Assembly (NCBI RefSeq): GCF_009914755.1
Contig: NC_060937.1
Reading direction: 5' to 3' (one strand)
Length of the DNA: 64,000 nt
Origin: the human T2T-CHM13v2.0 reference genome, Homo sapiens
Shown: positions 27,331 through 40,949 of the stretch, piece after piece
How the letters are laid out: every line of letters begins with the position of its first letter
Position numbering within the stretch: the first letter of the stretch is position 1
Made by a program: the position numbers and the translations under genes
Notes under the pieces: generated by a model
Databases searched by the model: none
Told to the model about the DNA's origin: nothing
Seen by the model: the letters and a program-made list of their open reading frames with translations, nothing else

Positions 27331-28689
27331 TAATCAAACATCTATTATAAAGGCATTCAGTAAATATTTATGGGAATTTGTAAATAGATAATTAAGTTTA
27401 AAAAAGAGAATGGAGGCAGATTAAATGACTTCCTAAAATATGTCTTCAATTAGTGTTAGCCAACAACATAATCATTATTTTTGTTTTCATTTGGGTCACC
27501 TCAGATTTACCACTTCTGTCTTCCTTCCCACCTTCTTCACTTTACCTAGGTCCTCTTCTCACAGATAGGTAGTCTGTCTCTGATTTTAAGTGACGTACCA
27601 GCCCGGAGATCAAATCTTGGAGCTCCCACATGGCCATGGGATGAAATCCTGACCCACTCAGACTGTGCACAAATTCTTCTTTATTTAGACAGTAAAGGAA
27701 AAACCTGTTGAATGAGCAAGTAAAAGCAGTAATAAGAAGATAGAGGGCTTTATTAGCAGGGAAACACTGACCATGAGGCAGTCAAAAAGCAGAGACTGAT
27801 TAATCAATTTGTTTCAGAGAACATTTTGAGATTCTAGTTTCTTTCAATAAAATGCACTTATATATCTATTTGATTTGATATGGTTCACCAGGCACTCTTT
27901 AAAAAAAAGTTGCAAAAAATATTTGAAAGTTTTTTAGTATACAGCTAACGATTGATGCTTATTAGTTCCTGAGTTCAGCTAAGTTCTTGTATTCCATGTA
28001 GATATATGAAAGGATCATTTAAAAAACATGCCTTTAGGGAGATGCAATTTTATTATATGGTGGCAGCTCAGATACAAATGATCCAGTTTTACAAGTTAGG
28101 TCTAATTTTACCTGGTCACTCAGGCAGGCACCTGACCCAAGCAGGCCTTGAGTATATAACAGCCCCAGGTCTCACAAGACAGTGCTGCCCCAGAAGGGTC
28201 CTGAGAAGACTGGAGACTGATGGATGTGGGAGAATTATATGGGATGCAGAGGGGAGGAAGGAGCCCTCTTTCCCCAGTGACTCTAACCAGAGATACCAAC
28301 TGCCTGGGGAGAGGGAGGCAGGCACTTACAGGGTTTTCTCTCTCTTTCCATCCATAGAAAGGTGACAAGTGGCCCCTGGGGGAATATGGAGGATTTGTGA
28401 GTATTCCAGTCTGGAGTCTCAGGATGGTATGGTAGAGACAGGGAGAATCTTGGGCCTGATAACCCAGACCCTTGGTTTGTTAGTGAGTGGAACTTAAGAT
28501 TCTGAAATTATATAAGTGAAAAAGAACACTATAAAATTCAGGACTTAAACTGATAATTATCTCACCAACCTCTGGACTTTATTTAGATTTGAGTAAGAAG
28601 GAGTAAATGCCAGGAATGCTTGGAAAATATAACTTTCACTGATACATAACAAAAAAGTTCTAGTATCTTTCTCTTATGATGAAGCCCCA

Positions 28690-29014
28690 GTCCAGACATG
28701 GTGGCTCATGCCTGTAATCCCAACACTGTGGGAAGCTGAGGCAGGAGGGTGACATGAGCCAAAAAGTTCCAGACCAGGCTGCATAATATAGGGAGACACT
28801 ATCTCTACAAAAAAAATTTAAAAATTAGCTAAGTGTGGTAGCACGCACTTGTAGTCCTAGCTATTTGGAAGGCTGCGGTGGGAGGATTGATTGCTTGAGC
28901 CCGGGAGGTAGAGGTTGCAGTGAGCAGAGATTGCACCACTGCACTCCAGCCTGGGTGACAGAGTGAGACCCTGTCTCCCCCCGACCAAAAATAAATAAAT
29001 AAATTTAAAACAAA
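28690..29014 (+). mobile_element. Alu SINE, AluJ-type
   Basis: GGTGGCTCATGCCTGTAATCCC...GGGAGGATT..GCTTGAGCCC...GAGACCCTGTCTC. TSD atgaagcccc on both sides. Confidence 0.95.
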
Positions 29015-30577
29015 ATGAAGCCCCTTATACTGTCTGAAATTATATACAGGGAGTTTTCACATTTTCAGTAATTCAAAGAGAGCATGAGTCAGGGCCTCTG
29101 ATATAGAGCTGGCTCTGTCACTTGCCACAAAAACACCCTCTCGGTAGGAAGATTTTCTGAGCTTTCGCTTCTCTGCAAAATGAGTGATGAGCCAAGTGGT
29201 ACTATACTCCATGAGGATATCTCTATTTTCTGGTAAGATAAGAGGTCAGAATAAATAAGAATTTTCCAGAGGCCTACATAGTCAGAATAGGGCAGGAATA
29301 CTACCAAAAAGCAGTCCAAGGAGCCTACAAAAATATATAAATGTAATAGAACCATTATAGTCAAGGCACAAATAATAATTAAGTCATGGAGGAAAAGACA
29401 GAGGGAGTGGAAGAGTTGTAGAATGTTCTAAGTTGAAGATACATATGTGATTACGCTTCCTTGTTAGTCCAAAAAAGGGAATGGGGCAATTATAATTCTC
29501 AATAGCTAATAAAAGGAAACTTAATAGTTTATCAAAGGAGAGATACTATAAAACAGCCTCAAAATCTAAACAGAATTTATTGTCTGGTTCATTATATAAG
29601 AAATGGTGAAAAACACAAATGACAATATCAGTAAGAACAGATTTTCAAAGCTCCAAAAATGTTTTTCATGATGTTTCTTTCTCTTGAAGAGATCTCAGTA
29701 ACAACAAACCACCACCACCAGTAATGACCATAATAATAATGAACCAAGGGACCTAAAATAAATAACATGACTATATTGCAATAGATCTTTGGTGGTCAGT
29801 ATTTCCCTTAGACAATACTTCTCAAATATCAACCATCTCAGACTGGCATGACTGGGCAAGGCCTATATACATGCAATGAAAAAGCACTATAAATGATTGC
29901 TGCTATTATTATCAGGTCATTCAACTTATATGAAGCAGTCATTAAATTAAAATTAGAATGACTTTGTTTAGGCAAATGACTTGCTAGAGGCCCACCTCCA
30001 ATATGCCTTCTGAGTAGCCACAACTTACCCAACGAATGTTTTGGCCTTTGCAGGAGGGGGCCAAACATTGGGCGGGATAGCCATCTTTTCTCTGGAAAAG
30101 ATTGGTAGATAAAAAAATTAATATGGATGATTATTTGGAACCATCTGGAAGAAGTCAATATGTTCAGGGTTTGCTAGGCTGACACATAAGTTTCTATGGG
30201 CTTCTGAGGTTTCTTGAGATTTGTCTGGTGTGAGATTGGATAGGATCCTGTGCCATAAGTTTCCTTAGAAAAATACATGTTTGCTGGTCCTACATTCGTT
30301 TACATATAAAACAATTATATGAAACAATTATGCAATATGAAAGCTTATATTTGCTTGACAATGATAATTTTGTAGAGATGACTCCAGAATTTCAATCACG
30401 TAGTATCTGATAAGTTACAGGTTTTAAAATGTCATTGTCCATTTTTTTAAACCAAATGAAGACTCACAGAAACATTCTCCACTTGCATCAAGATATTGAT
30501 TACCACATTAGTTTATAATAGAGAACATTTGGAAACACCTACATAAACAAGAAAAAGGGAAATAAGAGGATTGTGGG

Positions 30578-31089
30578 TGTATCAGTTAGCTACTGCTGCC
30601 TAACAAACTGCCCCCAAACTCTGTTGTTTTGGATGAAAACAACAAGCATTTGTTTTTGCACATAAGCCTACAAATCAGCTAGGGGTTTCTTCTAGTCTCA
30701 GCTGAACTCTTGCAACTGAGGTCAGCTGGCAGTTCAGCTGGGAGCTGACGGGTCTGGGAAGCCTTAACTGTGATGACTGGGAAGATTGGGGTTTCTTTCC
30801 ACTAATTTGTGATTTTTCTCAAATCTCAATATGATGGTAGTTTGTCTACAGCAAGGTTCCAAGGAGGCAAGCAGAAGTGCACAAGGCTTCTTGGGGCACA
30901 GGCTTGGAATTGGCACCCCATCACTTCTGCTATATTTTTTTGGCCAAAGCAAGTCACAAGGCCAGCCCATATTCCAGGAACTGGAAAATAAACTTCACTC
31001 CCTAATGGGAGAAGCTGCAAAATCACATTGCAAAGAATGTAGAAACAGGGAGGGGTGAAGAATTAGGAGCTGTTTTGCAATCTACCACA
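30578..31089 (-). mobile_element. MaLR solo LTR (MLT1F/G/H-like), inserted in an old L1M fragment
   Basis: TG...CA termini: tgtatcagttagctactgctgcctaacaaac ... tttgcaatctaccaca. Confidence 0.85.
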
Positions 31090-32765
31090 ATGGTATATTC
31101 ACTGGGTGGATTTTTCTCCAGTCATTAAAAGTGAAGCCTACGTAGCAAGTTTAGGAAGTTAAAAGGACAAAAGAAAATATTATGTGTTAACTTTTATTAC
31201 AGCCATATAAATATACATGCAAAAAGGTTAGAGGAAAATATACATACATGATGGCTGTATAAGGATGGCAGGATGTGTGTTTTTGACTATTTTTTTAAAA
31301 AATATTCTGACAGCTTTAGTGGAGAACTCAAACCTCTTGTCATATCTGAATGTGGCATAAGCCACATTTCATTTCTTCAGTAGGGTTTTGCTGAAGTAAC
31401 CAGTGAATTAACAAAAGAATTACGGAGAGAAAGAGTAAATGACCTATTTTTTGTTCTTTTTTGGACAAAATGATTCAACCCAGAAATTCCATGCCAAAAT
31501 ATTCAGCTGACAGAAGGAATTTAATGTGACATAGTATGCTTGCTATTTCTAGGGGAATGGCATTAGAGCTTTTAGAGTACAAAGCAAAAAGCCTTTGGCT
31601 ATTAAAGTATTTTGCATAAGTGAAAACTTTCATTGTATGACTAAATCAATGAAGATTATCCCCTCAGTCAGAATTTCCTTTGTCTGCACGTGTACTCTCC
31701 AGGCATCTATTCTTGCTCAGTAGTCGAGTCCTCAAGTAAATGACCCAATTTAAAGTAACAGTGAATATTGCGTTGAAGTTACACTGTAGATATTGATTTC
31801 ATGGCCTTTGACGCCTTCTGAGGTCAGTCATTGACCAGCACATTGAACTTGGTCTCATGGGTTGACGTTAGCCACCCCTGGTATTGTCCTCACTAGTTTT
31901 AATTTAATGATTCTGTGGTTCTAATACAAACCTTCTCTAGAGTACAATTTATTCTCGATTGCTTTCGACAGGACTTACCTGTGGCCTTTTTAGCAAACAA
32001 ACTGTGGTAGGTGATGGAAAGTCTAATGCATACTTACACTAGTGATGGGCCCTCATATGTGGCCAAAAGACACAATTCTCATGGTACAGCAAACGAAACC
32101 AGATTATAGAAATCCACAGCTAAAAGGCACTTTAGCATCTGAGGAAAATCAGGTCCAGGGGCTATAAATTATTTGCATGTGTTTCAGAGAGGTTGCTCCA
32201 AATCTCCTCTCCAAGTGTCTTCTCCACTGTCCTCTTGTCCCTAGGGGATTCTTTGTTACCTTATAGACAGCAGAAGGCTGGAAGAACCAATGCCCCAAAA
32301 CATTGCGTAGAGCTGGTCTAGGCAAGAGGAGAATAACTGTATGAGACAGGGCTGGCTCATGCCCCATTTCTCCCTGCCTCTTGCTTCCACTCAGAATTCC
32401 AGAACTAGTTGAGAAAGGATTATAAAAGCTGGCAGTCTCTTGCCACCCTCACTCCCACCCTTCTCAGATTCTTGGTTTAATCCTCTAACCCAACCCAGCT
32501 GCTATGTGTCCTCAAACTCATTCCTCCCAGTTCTTAGCAAAACGTGTGCTCAGGGCTTTTGGTCTTTAAATGCATAACTTATTTAAAGCTCAAAATGCAA
32601 TTCCTGTTCCAGGGATTTGCATGATCACAAGGATGGAATCTTCAAGGACTGTAACTTATAAAGGTTGACTTCATGGATGAACCTAAGGAAAGGGGAAAAT
32701 GCCCAGCAGGTAACTTCAGGACTGAAGCAAGTCAGGGGACAGAAGTGAGGTTCTCCAAAGTGGGA

Positions 32766-32896
32766 CCAGGAAAAATAATTCTCAAGTCATGCCTCCCAAT
32801 CTAGAGCTCAGAGAAAAAGAGACACCAAATCACTGTATGCTTTGCTTAATAATGAAGAAGAGTTTAGCAACCCTATGTGCCTGACACTCTACCAGC
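32766..32896 (+). repeat. Diverged direct repeat copy A (~130 bp)
   Basis: Colinear with 33953-34084; shared core agacaccaaatca(c/t)tgtatgcttt and gaagagtttagcaa. Confidence 0.9.
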
Positions 32897-33240
32897 AAGG
32901 GTCTCAAGGTGACTGGTGAACATGATGGTCCTGTGGAGCTAACAGAGGTGAGAGGGGACAGTGCTCAATGTGCTACTGAGACTTCCTGGAGTGGGGACCC
33001 AGGGCATTGCCCTGCTCAGATCCCAGGCTGACTCCTCACCCTCTGGTGTAAGGACCAGGTCATCCTTCTTGGGAAAACTCTGGTCATATTTTCCTTTTTA
33101 AATTTTTTCAAAAGAAGTCAGCAATCTGGGTTTTATGTAATATCCTTTTATTTTTAAATGTTGGAAACTAATTCCAATTGTGAAAACTCCTTTTGGGGAA
33201 ACTGGCCCTCAATGAATGCCCTTTTATGACCTCTGCTGGA
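32897..33240. mobile_element. hAT-Charlie relic (MER102-like)
   Basis: ttttcaaaagaagtcagcaatctgggttttatgtaatatc...tttttaaatgttggaaactaattc. Confidence 0.55.
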
Positions 33241-33952
33241 GTGGGTATCTAGGGAGGGGTGAAACAAAGTGGGACAAAGCAACACTCCCAAAATAATATC
33301 CTGTAACATAGGGAGTGGTACTGGGGGTTTTGAAGAAGGCTTATCAGAGTCTCCCAGGGTGGCGCAAAGAGAGGAAGTGTAGGATTTTTGTTTGATGTTT
33401 CTTAAAGAAAGCCATGGTTCCCAAAGGCTGCCTTAGTGAGTGGCCACCCAAAAGAAGCCACACACATGGGACCATGTGCTGTGAACAGAGGAGTCAGGGA
33501 GCATGAGGCTGAAGTCCACAGGTGTGGGGTCACCACCACTACTCATGCAGGCATGTATGTGCCCACACTCTCTCTGCCTATAGACCATGTCATGGCTAGT
33601 GGGGCAGGAAATACTTTGACAGAGACGATCAGCAATATAGAATCTTGGACATTCGGTGCTCCCGACAACCTCAACAGTCTTTTCAACCTTGTCATTTTAC
33701 ACAAATAATCTGAGCCCAAAGAAGAAACAGACTTCTTGCTCCCAACTTTGCACAGCTGATTTACAGCTGAGCTGAGACCTTAGCTCAGGCCCCTGCCTCT
33801 CAGTGCAGACCTTGTCTTGAAACCCTTTCCTATCCCTCACCCCCATCCTCACTCCAGGAGAAGTTGTTGCAAAGGGGATTTGTGAAATGAAAAATCGAAT
33901 ACAGTGCATTTTGGTATCTTTGTAAGACTCTTCATATCAAAAATTTAACACG

Positions 33953-34084
33953 CCAAGAAAAATAATCCTTTCTCAAATCGCACATCCCAATTTAGGGCTC
34001 AGAAAAAATAGACACCAAATCATTGTATGCTTTAATTACGATGAAGAGTTTAGCAAGTCTATGTGCATGACATCCTACCAAGCA
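33953..34084 (+). repeat. Diverged direct repeat copy B, running into a MIR
   Basis: Colinear with 32766-32896. Confidence 0.9.
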
Positions 34085-34240
34085 TTTTACACGTGTTATT
34101 GCATATAATCTTCATGATTATCTCCATTTTACAGCGGGGGGAATTGAGACTTTAAGAGGCTATGAAATCTGCCCCAAGACTCAAAGTTAGGAAGTGATAG
34201 AGCCAGGATTTGAATCTGTATAGTGTCATTCAGAGCCCTA
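34060..34240 (-). mobile_element. MIR SINE
   Basis: atctccattttacagcgggggg...gagacttt...agagccaggatttgaatc. Confidence 0.8.
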
Positions 34241-36029
34241 ACGTAATAAATATGGTTCCTATAGCTGAGCCACCCCTAACTCCACTCCCAAGAGATAACA
34301 AAGGTCAAGTTCCCAGAAAGCTTTCTTCTGGAAAACCTACCACTGTCCTGGCATCTAGAGCATAGTCTCTTATGCAGAACACTAGCTTGAGCCCATTTCA
34401 TGACACATATTTTTTTTCCAGGCTCCAAAAATGTGGTCTTCCTTTATTATGCCAATTAGGCAAGAACAGATGGTCTTCCTCTACTCAACAGTTAACCATT
34501 CAACATTTATGGAGAAAAATCCTAGAAGGGTTTATTTCAAATATGAAAAGTGCCAGCCCAAAGGAAAATTATTTGAATAATTCTCCGAGGTGGGAGGGGC
34601 AGTTCTAGAGAGAGACTTTCTGCAACTTTAACCAAAATGTCATGGAATGTGTACATTATAATGGCAGAATGTCTTGATCCCAGAAAAGTACACATAAACA
34701 GAGAGAGGTAATTGGAATCATCATTTTGACACCTGAAAGGATGACAAGAAACCTTTAACCTACAGATAATCAGTGGAGTGCACTGTCATTGTGAATGGCT
34801 CAGCCAGTCTGTGGGATATCACATTAGCAAGCTGGCTGGCTTATTAGAGACATCTAATTCTTTCATATACTTAGCACTGAAGTGGATAGGATTCAAAACA
34901 GCTTCCTTGTCTCTGACATGCATCCAAATTTTTAATAGCAGCTAAGTACCTTACTAAGCAATTGAATAAAATAATGCATTCAAGCCCCCAGAAAACCTTT
35001 TCAGACCTCTTTTTATCTCTACATTTTACTGATAGAGAATGGATTGTAATTCAAATTTATATACTGGGCACATGCCGAGCAATAGATTTTTTTTTCCTTT
35101 GTAAATCTCAAGCATTCCAAACTATTGAAGGAGTTAAGCAATTTTGATCATTTTGAAACTAGCTGTCAGATTTAATCTCTGCTAAGGAGACAGAGGGCAA
35201 ATGTACTCTGAAGCTTGTTATATAATTTACAGATTATTTTTGCAATTTATATTCCATCAAATAGGGTATATGAGACTCTCAGAAAGTACGTAATGATCAA
35301 TTAATTTCAGCAGAGCCATCCTGGTGTCACTTATGGGATAGACATGATTAGACCTTTTTCTAGCTGAGTCCCAAGGTCAAGTCATCAAATATGACTGATT
35401 ACATTTTCTAATGGTTTCTCTATGCCCATTAAAGAGCACTCAACTATTCAGACTCTCCTTTGATCGTGACATTCAAAATTTGCTCTGATGGCTCCTGACA
35501 GGCAAAAATGTATTCTCTAATCTTTAACCACATAAACAATAGCTAACCACTTGTAATTGAGTTTAAATTGATTTCAGGTGGCTTCAGAGAAAAGCAATTT
35601 CTACAACAGATTAACCTCTTAATTAAAGTATATTAAGAATACTGTCAGGTGTAGAGATTCTGCTACAGAAGAAAATTATCCCTCATTGACATTCATTTAT
35701 GAAAGAATTGCTGCTGTGCTCCCAGGTAACAGGTTACTTATTTGTGCTTCTTGCCTCACTAGGTCAATGCAAGTCTAGTTTCAGTCATTAGAATATCAGG
35801 GTTTTATAGGGGAAAGATGTGGGGAAAGAGAGGGAGTGTCTGAGGGGGTGACATGAAATAGGTATGTTCCAGTACTTAACGTCTTCAGAAAGTTACTTTT
35901 CTCAAGAAATGGGACTTTCCTCAAAAACCATAGACCCCCTTCAGTTAGCTGAGTAATGAGGAAACACAGGTGTCAACCAACATGTCAATAACAACTAGAC
36001 AGGTTTCTTCAAGGTGTCCTTCGATGCAC

Positions 36030-36222
36030 TGTAAATAGACACCATCTCTGTCCTCTGTGTCTTTGCTACTCAGACCAGCATCACTTGCGGGGACTGTGAG
36101 AGATGCAGAATCTCAAGCCCTTCAGGCCCCACCCCAGGTCTATGGAATTAGAATCAACCTGTTTTTCAACAGGATCCCCAGGGAATTCATTTGCGCTATT
36201 ACAGTCTGAGAATTACCGCTCT
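36030..36222. mobile_element. MER5A-type DNA transposon
   Basis: gaccagcatcact...agatgcagaatctcaagccc...ttcaacaggatccccaggg...gtctgagaa. Confidence 0.7.
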
Positions 36223-36661
36223 AAGAGAATGTTTGTGCTTGGAGTCCCATAGTCTCAGGCTGTATCTATAAAACATCAAAAATATTTGATTTGGTGAATA
36301 AAACACAGTGGAACTGGTTATGGAATATCATAGAAAACAAATTATTTTCTCCGCACTCTTTACTTTTTATCTCCTTCCTTTGAAGACCCTTCTAGGTTCC
36401 CATATTTTATATCCTGGCTGTGAACACCCCAGGTGAATTGAGTCTCACCCACCCAGGACTGGCCCAGAACACGGGACATACACAACTGGCTTTAGAATCA
36501 AGCTTTATTCATCCCTGATCCTGGAAGTTTGCTTTCTTGGCTCTGACACCTTCTTTGGCTCATGTCCCTGAATTGGTCTCAGTCTCTTTTTTTCCCCAGC
36601 CTGGGATTTTGTTGCTGCTCTCTCTGAACTTGCATTTTTTAAAATCTTTCCCATTTAGTCC

Positions 36662-36968
<307 letters not shown>

Positions 36969-37139
36969 TAGTCTCAAGATATCTAGAGGAGGTTTCGGTT
37001 CTTACCTGTCTAAATTTAGAGGTTTGCAGCATGGACTTTTACTCTATAGGTGGCTTGTGGTTGTTAAAAGGGAGTTGAACAAAAATGCAGCTGTGCTCAG
37101 CAGCCAGGTGTTGTTAATAAAATTGGTTGCAAACAGAAT

Positions 37140-37306
37140 CCCTCAGGCTTGGCTGCACATTAGAATCCCCCAGGGAGATTCAAATTTTCCAATGCAAAGG
37201 CCCCGGCCCCAGATCAACTAAATCAGAATTCCATGTCCTCAGCATCAGTGGTTATAAAAAGCTCCCAGGTGAGTCTAATGAGTAGCCAAAGTTTGGAAAT
37301 ACCAGT
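37140..37306. mobile_element. MER5-type DNA transposon
   Basis: cttggctgcacattagaatc...aaatcagaat...aaagctcccaggtgagtctaatg...agtttggaaa. Confidence 0.75.
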
Positions 37307-38054
37307 TTAGAGAAACTTCTATGTCCCAGTCATGCCCATCCCCACTCCCTCCTCTGGGCCTCAGTAGCAGTTCACTTCTTTTATTCTACTTAGTCTTTTT
37401 CTCTTCACCACCAAAGCATTTAGAAAATAATGAATGAAGAATGTAAGCCTCTGGGTGTATTCTTAGGGTGGGGACAGGAAGTGAGGGGTGGGGAAGGAAG
37501 AAGTTACATGCATGATCTCTCACACTGCTAAAACTATGCAAAGTTTGCCAGAATGGATATTAAACTGACCCCAACATCCCCCAGTTTAAGTTGCACCATT
37601 ACTGCAGAAGAATCATAGAAAGCGAGAACATGGAACTCTAGAAGGCAGGCAGACAAAGCATCAGAGAAGAGATTTAACATGGCACAGCCCACGATCTTCC
37701 CACTTGCAATATTCCAAACAAAAAAAAATACCCCCAAACTTTGTGTCCGTAAGTGGAAGTTCTAAACCTGTGTCTTTCGAGGCAAAGCAGAAAGGGCACC
37801 AGGTGTTCTGGTGAAGAGTTAATCTGCCCATGCCCCAAATCAAGGTGAGATGGAGAAGGCAGCAGCAGTGCAATCCATACCAGGGCTCTTGGCCTGGGAC
37901 CCTTCCTTGGGTGGGTCTGAGCCTGCACTGGAACCAGGTGAGAAGAGCTGCAGAAGGCAGGTTGAAGGAAGGGAGCCAGGGTGCTCCTCACATGCTCCCT
38001 CTGCTTACCTTTTCTCTCCTGGGTTAGGAATTCACAGTCACTGATGCAATTTGT

Positions 38055-38248
38055 TGGGTTCTCTAAGTGTCTTCCCCAGGCCCTACAGATGAGCAGCACC
38101 TGGGGACTTATTAGACATGCAAATACTCCAGAGGAGGGCTCCACCTCAGACCTCCAGAATCAGACACCTTGGAGGTGGGGCCCAGCCACCTGTGTCTTCA
38201 GAAGCCCTTCAGGAGTTCCTGATGTGCACTCAAGTTTGAGAACTACTA
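38055..38248. mobile_element. MER5-type DNA transposon
   Basis: ggttctctaagtgt...atgcaaat...cagacctccagaatcagac...gtggggcccagc...caagtttgagaactact. Confidence 0.8.
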
Positions 38249-39896
38249 TTTCATTTCATGCTTCTTAGAGCTTGCTTTTGTGGCCATTTGTTCAACTGGT
38301 CTGGAAAGGGGAAGAAACTTTGAAAGTGCTTGTTCTCCATTCAGACTGCTGATTGTTGATGCAGAATAGCAGCTGGGGTTACTGGCCATTTCTTCCCAGG
38401 TCCCCCTTCCTGAACCTCTCATCTTCTGTTTTCAGGCTCCTGGCTGTAGTTTCTGGTCCCTGCAGTCTGGCTTCCTGGATATAATCTTTGCCTGTTGAAC
38501 CTGAGGCAGCTGCCTCTTCCTTCCCGCCTCAGTTTATCTCCCAGGCTCCAGACCCTGCTCCTCTCTCTAGGCCTCCCCACTATGCTTCCTTCTCTCATAA
38601 AAGTTGAGGCCCAGCTTCATCCTCTAGTTGGCATGGAGTCCCAGATGATGCCAGCTCTGTTCATCCTCTTTGTTTGCCCTCTCCTGGCCTGCTACGTTTA
38701 GTTAGCAAACATGCTGCTATTAGCAAATACTTTTGAATGAAAGAATTAAGTACTTTTTGGTTTCCAAAATCCTTCTACCTGCATTATCTCATCAGATCAT
38801 TGTGACAGTGAAAGTACGATCCCTATTTAACAGTCAATAACACTGAGGCCAATCCAGATTATAGTCTAGTTAATAGAGCCAAGACTGGAATTAAGGTCTC
38901 TGAATCCTAACTCAATGCTCTTTTCATTATGCTGCTTACTTAATTCATCTCTTCACAGAGATGCGTTTCAGAGTATTTTCCACTCTCCCCAATAGCACAC
39001 CATTAACAATTCATGCAAGGTAGATTTTTAATCAACATTCACCTACAGCAAGAACTGGTTTAAGCTGGACAAATTGCAAAGAATGTAGTTTACCTCATTG
39101 CACAGGTGCACACCACCAAAAGATTTAGCAGAAGATAAGAGGATGGATGTTTGGGCCACACAGAGATTACCTGCAGCTGTGGTGATTGGTTCCTGGGGTC
39201 AAAGAGCCTTTGCTGATCAACAGAGTTGATTAATGGGTCAGTAACTCTTGTAGTTTAGAAATCAAAAGATTTTCAACTCGAACCTCGTATTGGTTTACAT
39301 TTACCTCTCATTTCTTAGGCAGGTCGATAATAAATTAGGGCATTTGAAAGCTAGTATGATTTCCTTTAGGGTCCTCTGCTGTAAGCCCCAGTCTCTGAAT
39401 GACAGTGTTTGCCTGGAAAAGAAGCAACCATCTGCATCTGCTGGCTTGGGCCTGCCTGGAGGTTAGAGGTGTGACGCCCCCGACACAGGGCACAACCATT
39501 CCCCAGTGTGTGGTGGGGAGCAGAGTGAACCACTCACCTATCCCAGATTCTGCACTGGCCTGTGTCTAAGAGCTTAGATTGCAACACTGAGGTGCCTGTT
39601 GCCTTAGCCTCCATGACTGAGGTCTTGAGCTGTGACATCCACCCTCACCATATCCCTACCTGTACTTGCTGCCCCATTTGGACCTCTGACAAGAGGGCAA
39701 ACAGATAAGGGCAAACCTCCTCTGGCCTATGGGGATGCAAGGCCATGGCTATGCCTTCTGGTTCTGACCACAGCTCTACCTTTGTGACTCACACTAACAA
39801 CAATCCTGTTTCTTATTTCACCACCTGGCCCTCTGGTGCCATGTGCTCTTTAGATGGTCCATCCCCAAGCCCAGCTGTAAATTATTTTGGTCATTT

Positions 39897-40520
39897 TGTT
39901 GCCAGTGGAGGGTGCCCAGGTTATCGGCATCCTGAACAAAGAATTGGACAAAATGTTCAAACAAAGCAAAAAAAGAATGAAACAACAAAAGCAGAGATTT
40001 ATTGAAAACGAAAGTACACTCCACAGGGTGGGAGCGGGCCGAGCAAGCAGCTGAGATCACGGTCACAGAATTTTCAGGGGATTAAATACCTTCTAGTGGT
40101 TTCCCATTGGTTACTTGGTATACACCCTATGTAAATGAAGTAGTGGCCCACTACCAGTTTGATTGGTTGCAGGAGAGGACCAATCAGAGGCTGAAGCAAA
40201 GTTACAACGTTACGCCCTATCAAGCATCTGATTAGTTGCAGGAAGCAACCAATCAGAAGCTGAAATGAAGTTACAAAGTTATACTCCTATGTAAATGAAG
40301 ACTTGGCCTGCGACCAGCCTGATTGGTTGTGGGAGGGGACCAATCAGAGGTACTTTCAATTTCTGCCACACAGAAAAGGGGAGCGTTGCAAAGGGAGTAG
40401 CCTCTGGTCCTTTTGTTACTTGGGTGTGGATAGTTAGGGTTTTCCTTTTGATTTAGTTCTAGAAAGTCAGAGTGAATCAGCTTTAGGTTCCCTGCCTCCA
40501 GGCCCTATTCTCCTGCCTCA
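39897..40520 (-). mobile_element. Complete ERV1 solo LTR (MER51-like)
   Basis: TG...CA termini with perfect 4-bp TSD ATTT (39893-39896 / 40521-40524). Repeated gattggttg...ccaatcag units. Minus-strand AATAAA at 39998-40003. Ends ccctattctcctgcctca. Confidence 0.92.
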
Positions 40521-40949
40521 ATTTCTGACCTGTGCTTCCTGTGACCTGGCCCTGAAAGAGCCACCAGCTCTCTCCAGCTCAGCAGATGATCCAGTCTTCA
40601 CTGGTAGAACTGCCTTGGCTTTAAATTCGAAGCATGGTTGGAGCTTAACAAATGATAGAAAAAAATATGGAGAATTGAATTGATGGGTGAATAACATTTG
40701 GAGAACAAGCATAACCACACTGGCCTCAGCTCTCAAATATTAAGGAAGCTAAGGGGAGCTCATCATTCCTTCCTAAAGTCAGATTACCCTGATTCTGTAG
40801 ATATGGAATCCTGTGGTTATGCCTCCTCACAAGTGATGTAAATTTACAGTTGTTATGAGATGACCCTGCATGTTCTCAAGCAAATGACAGTAAAGAGGAT
40901 GATAATGAGTGAATGAAATAAAGAGAAGTAGGAGAAAGAAGTGGGCAAT

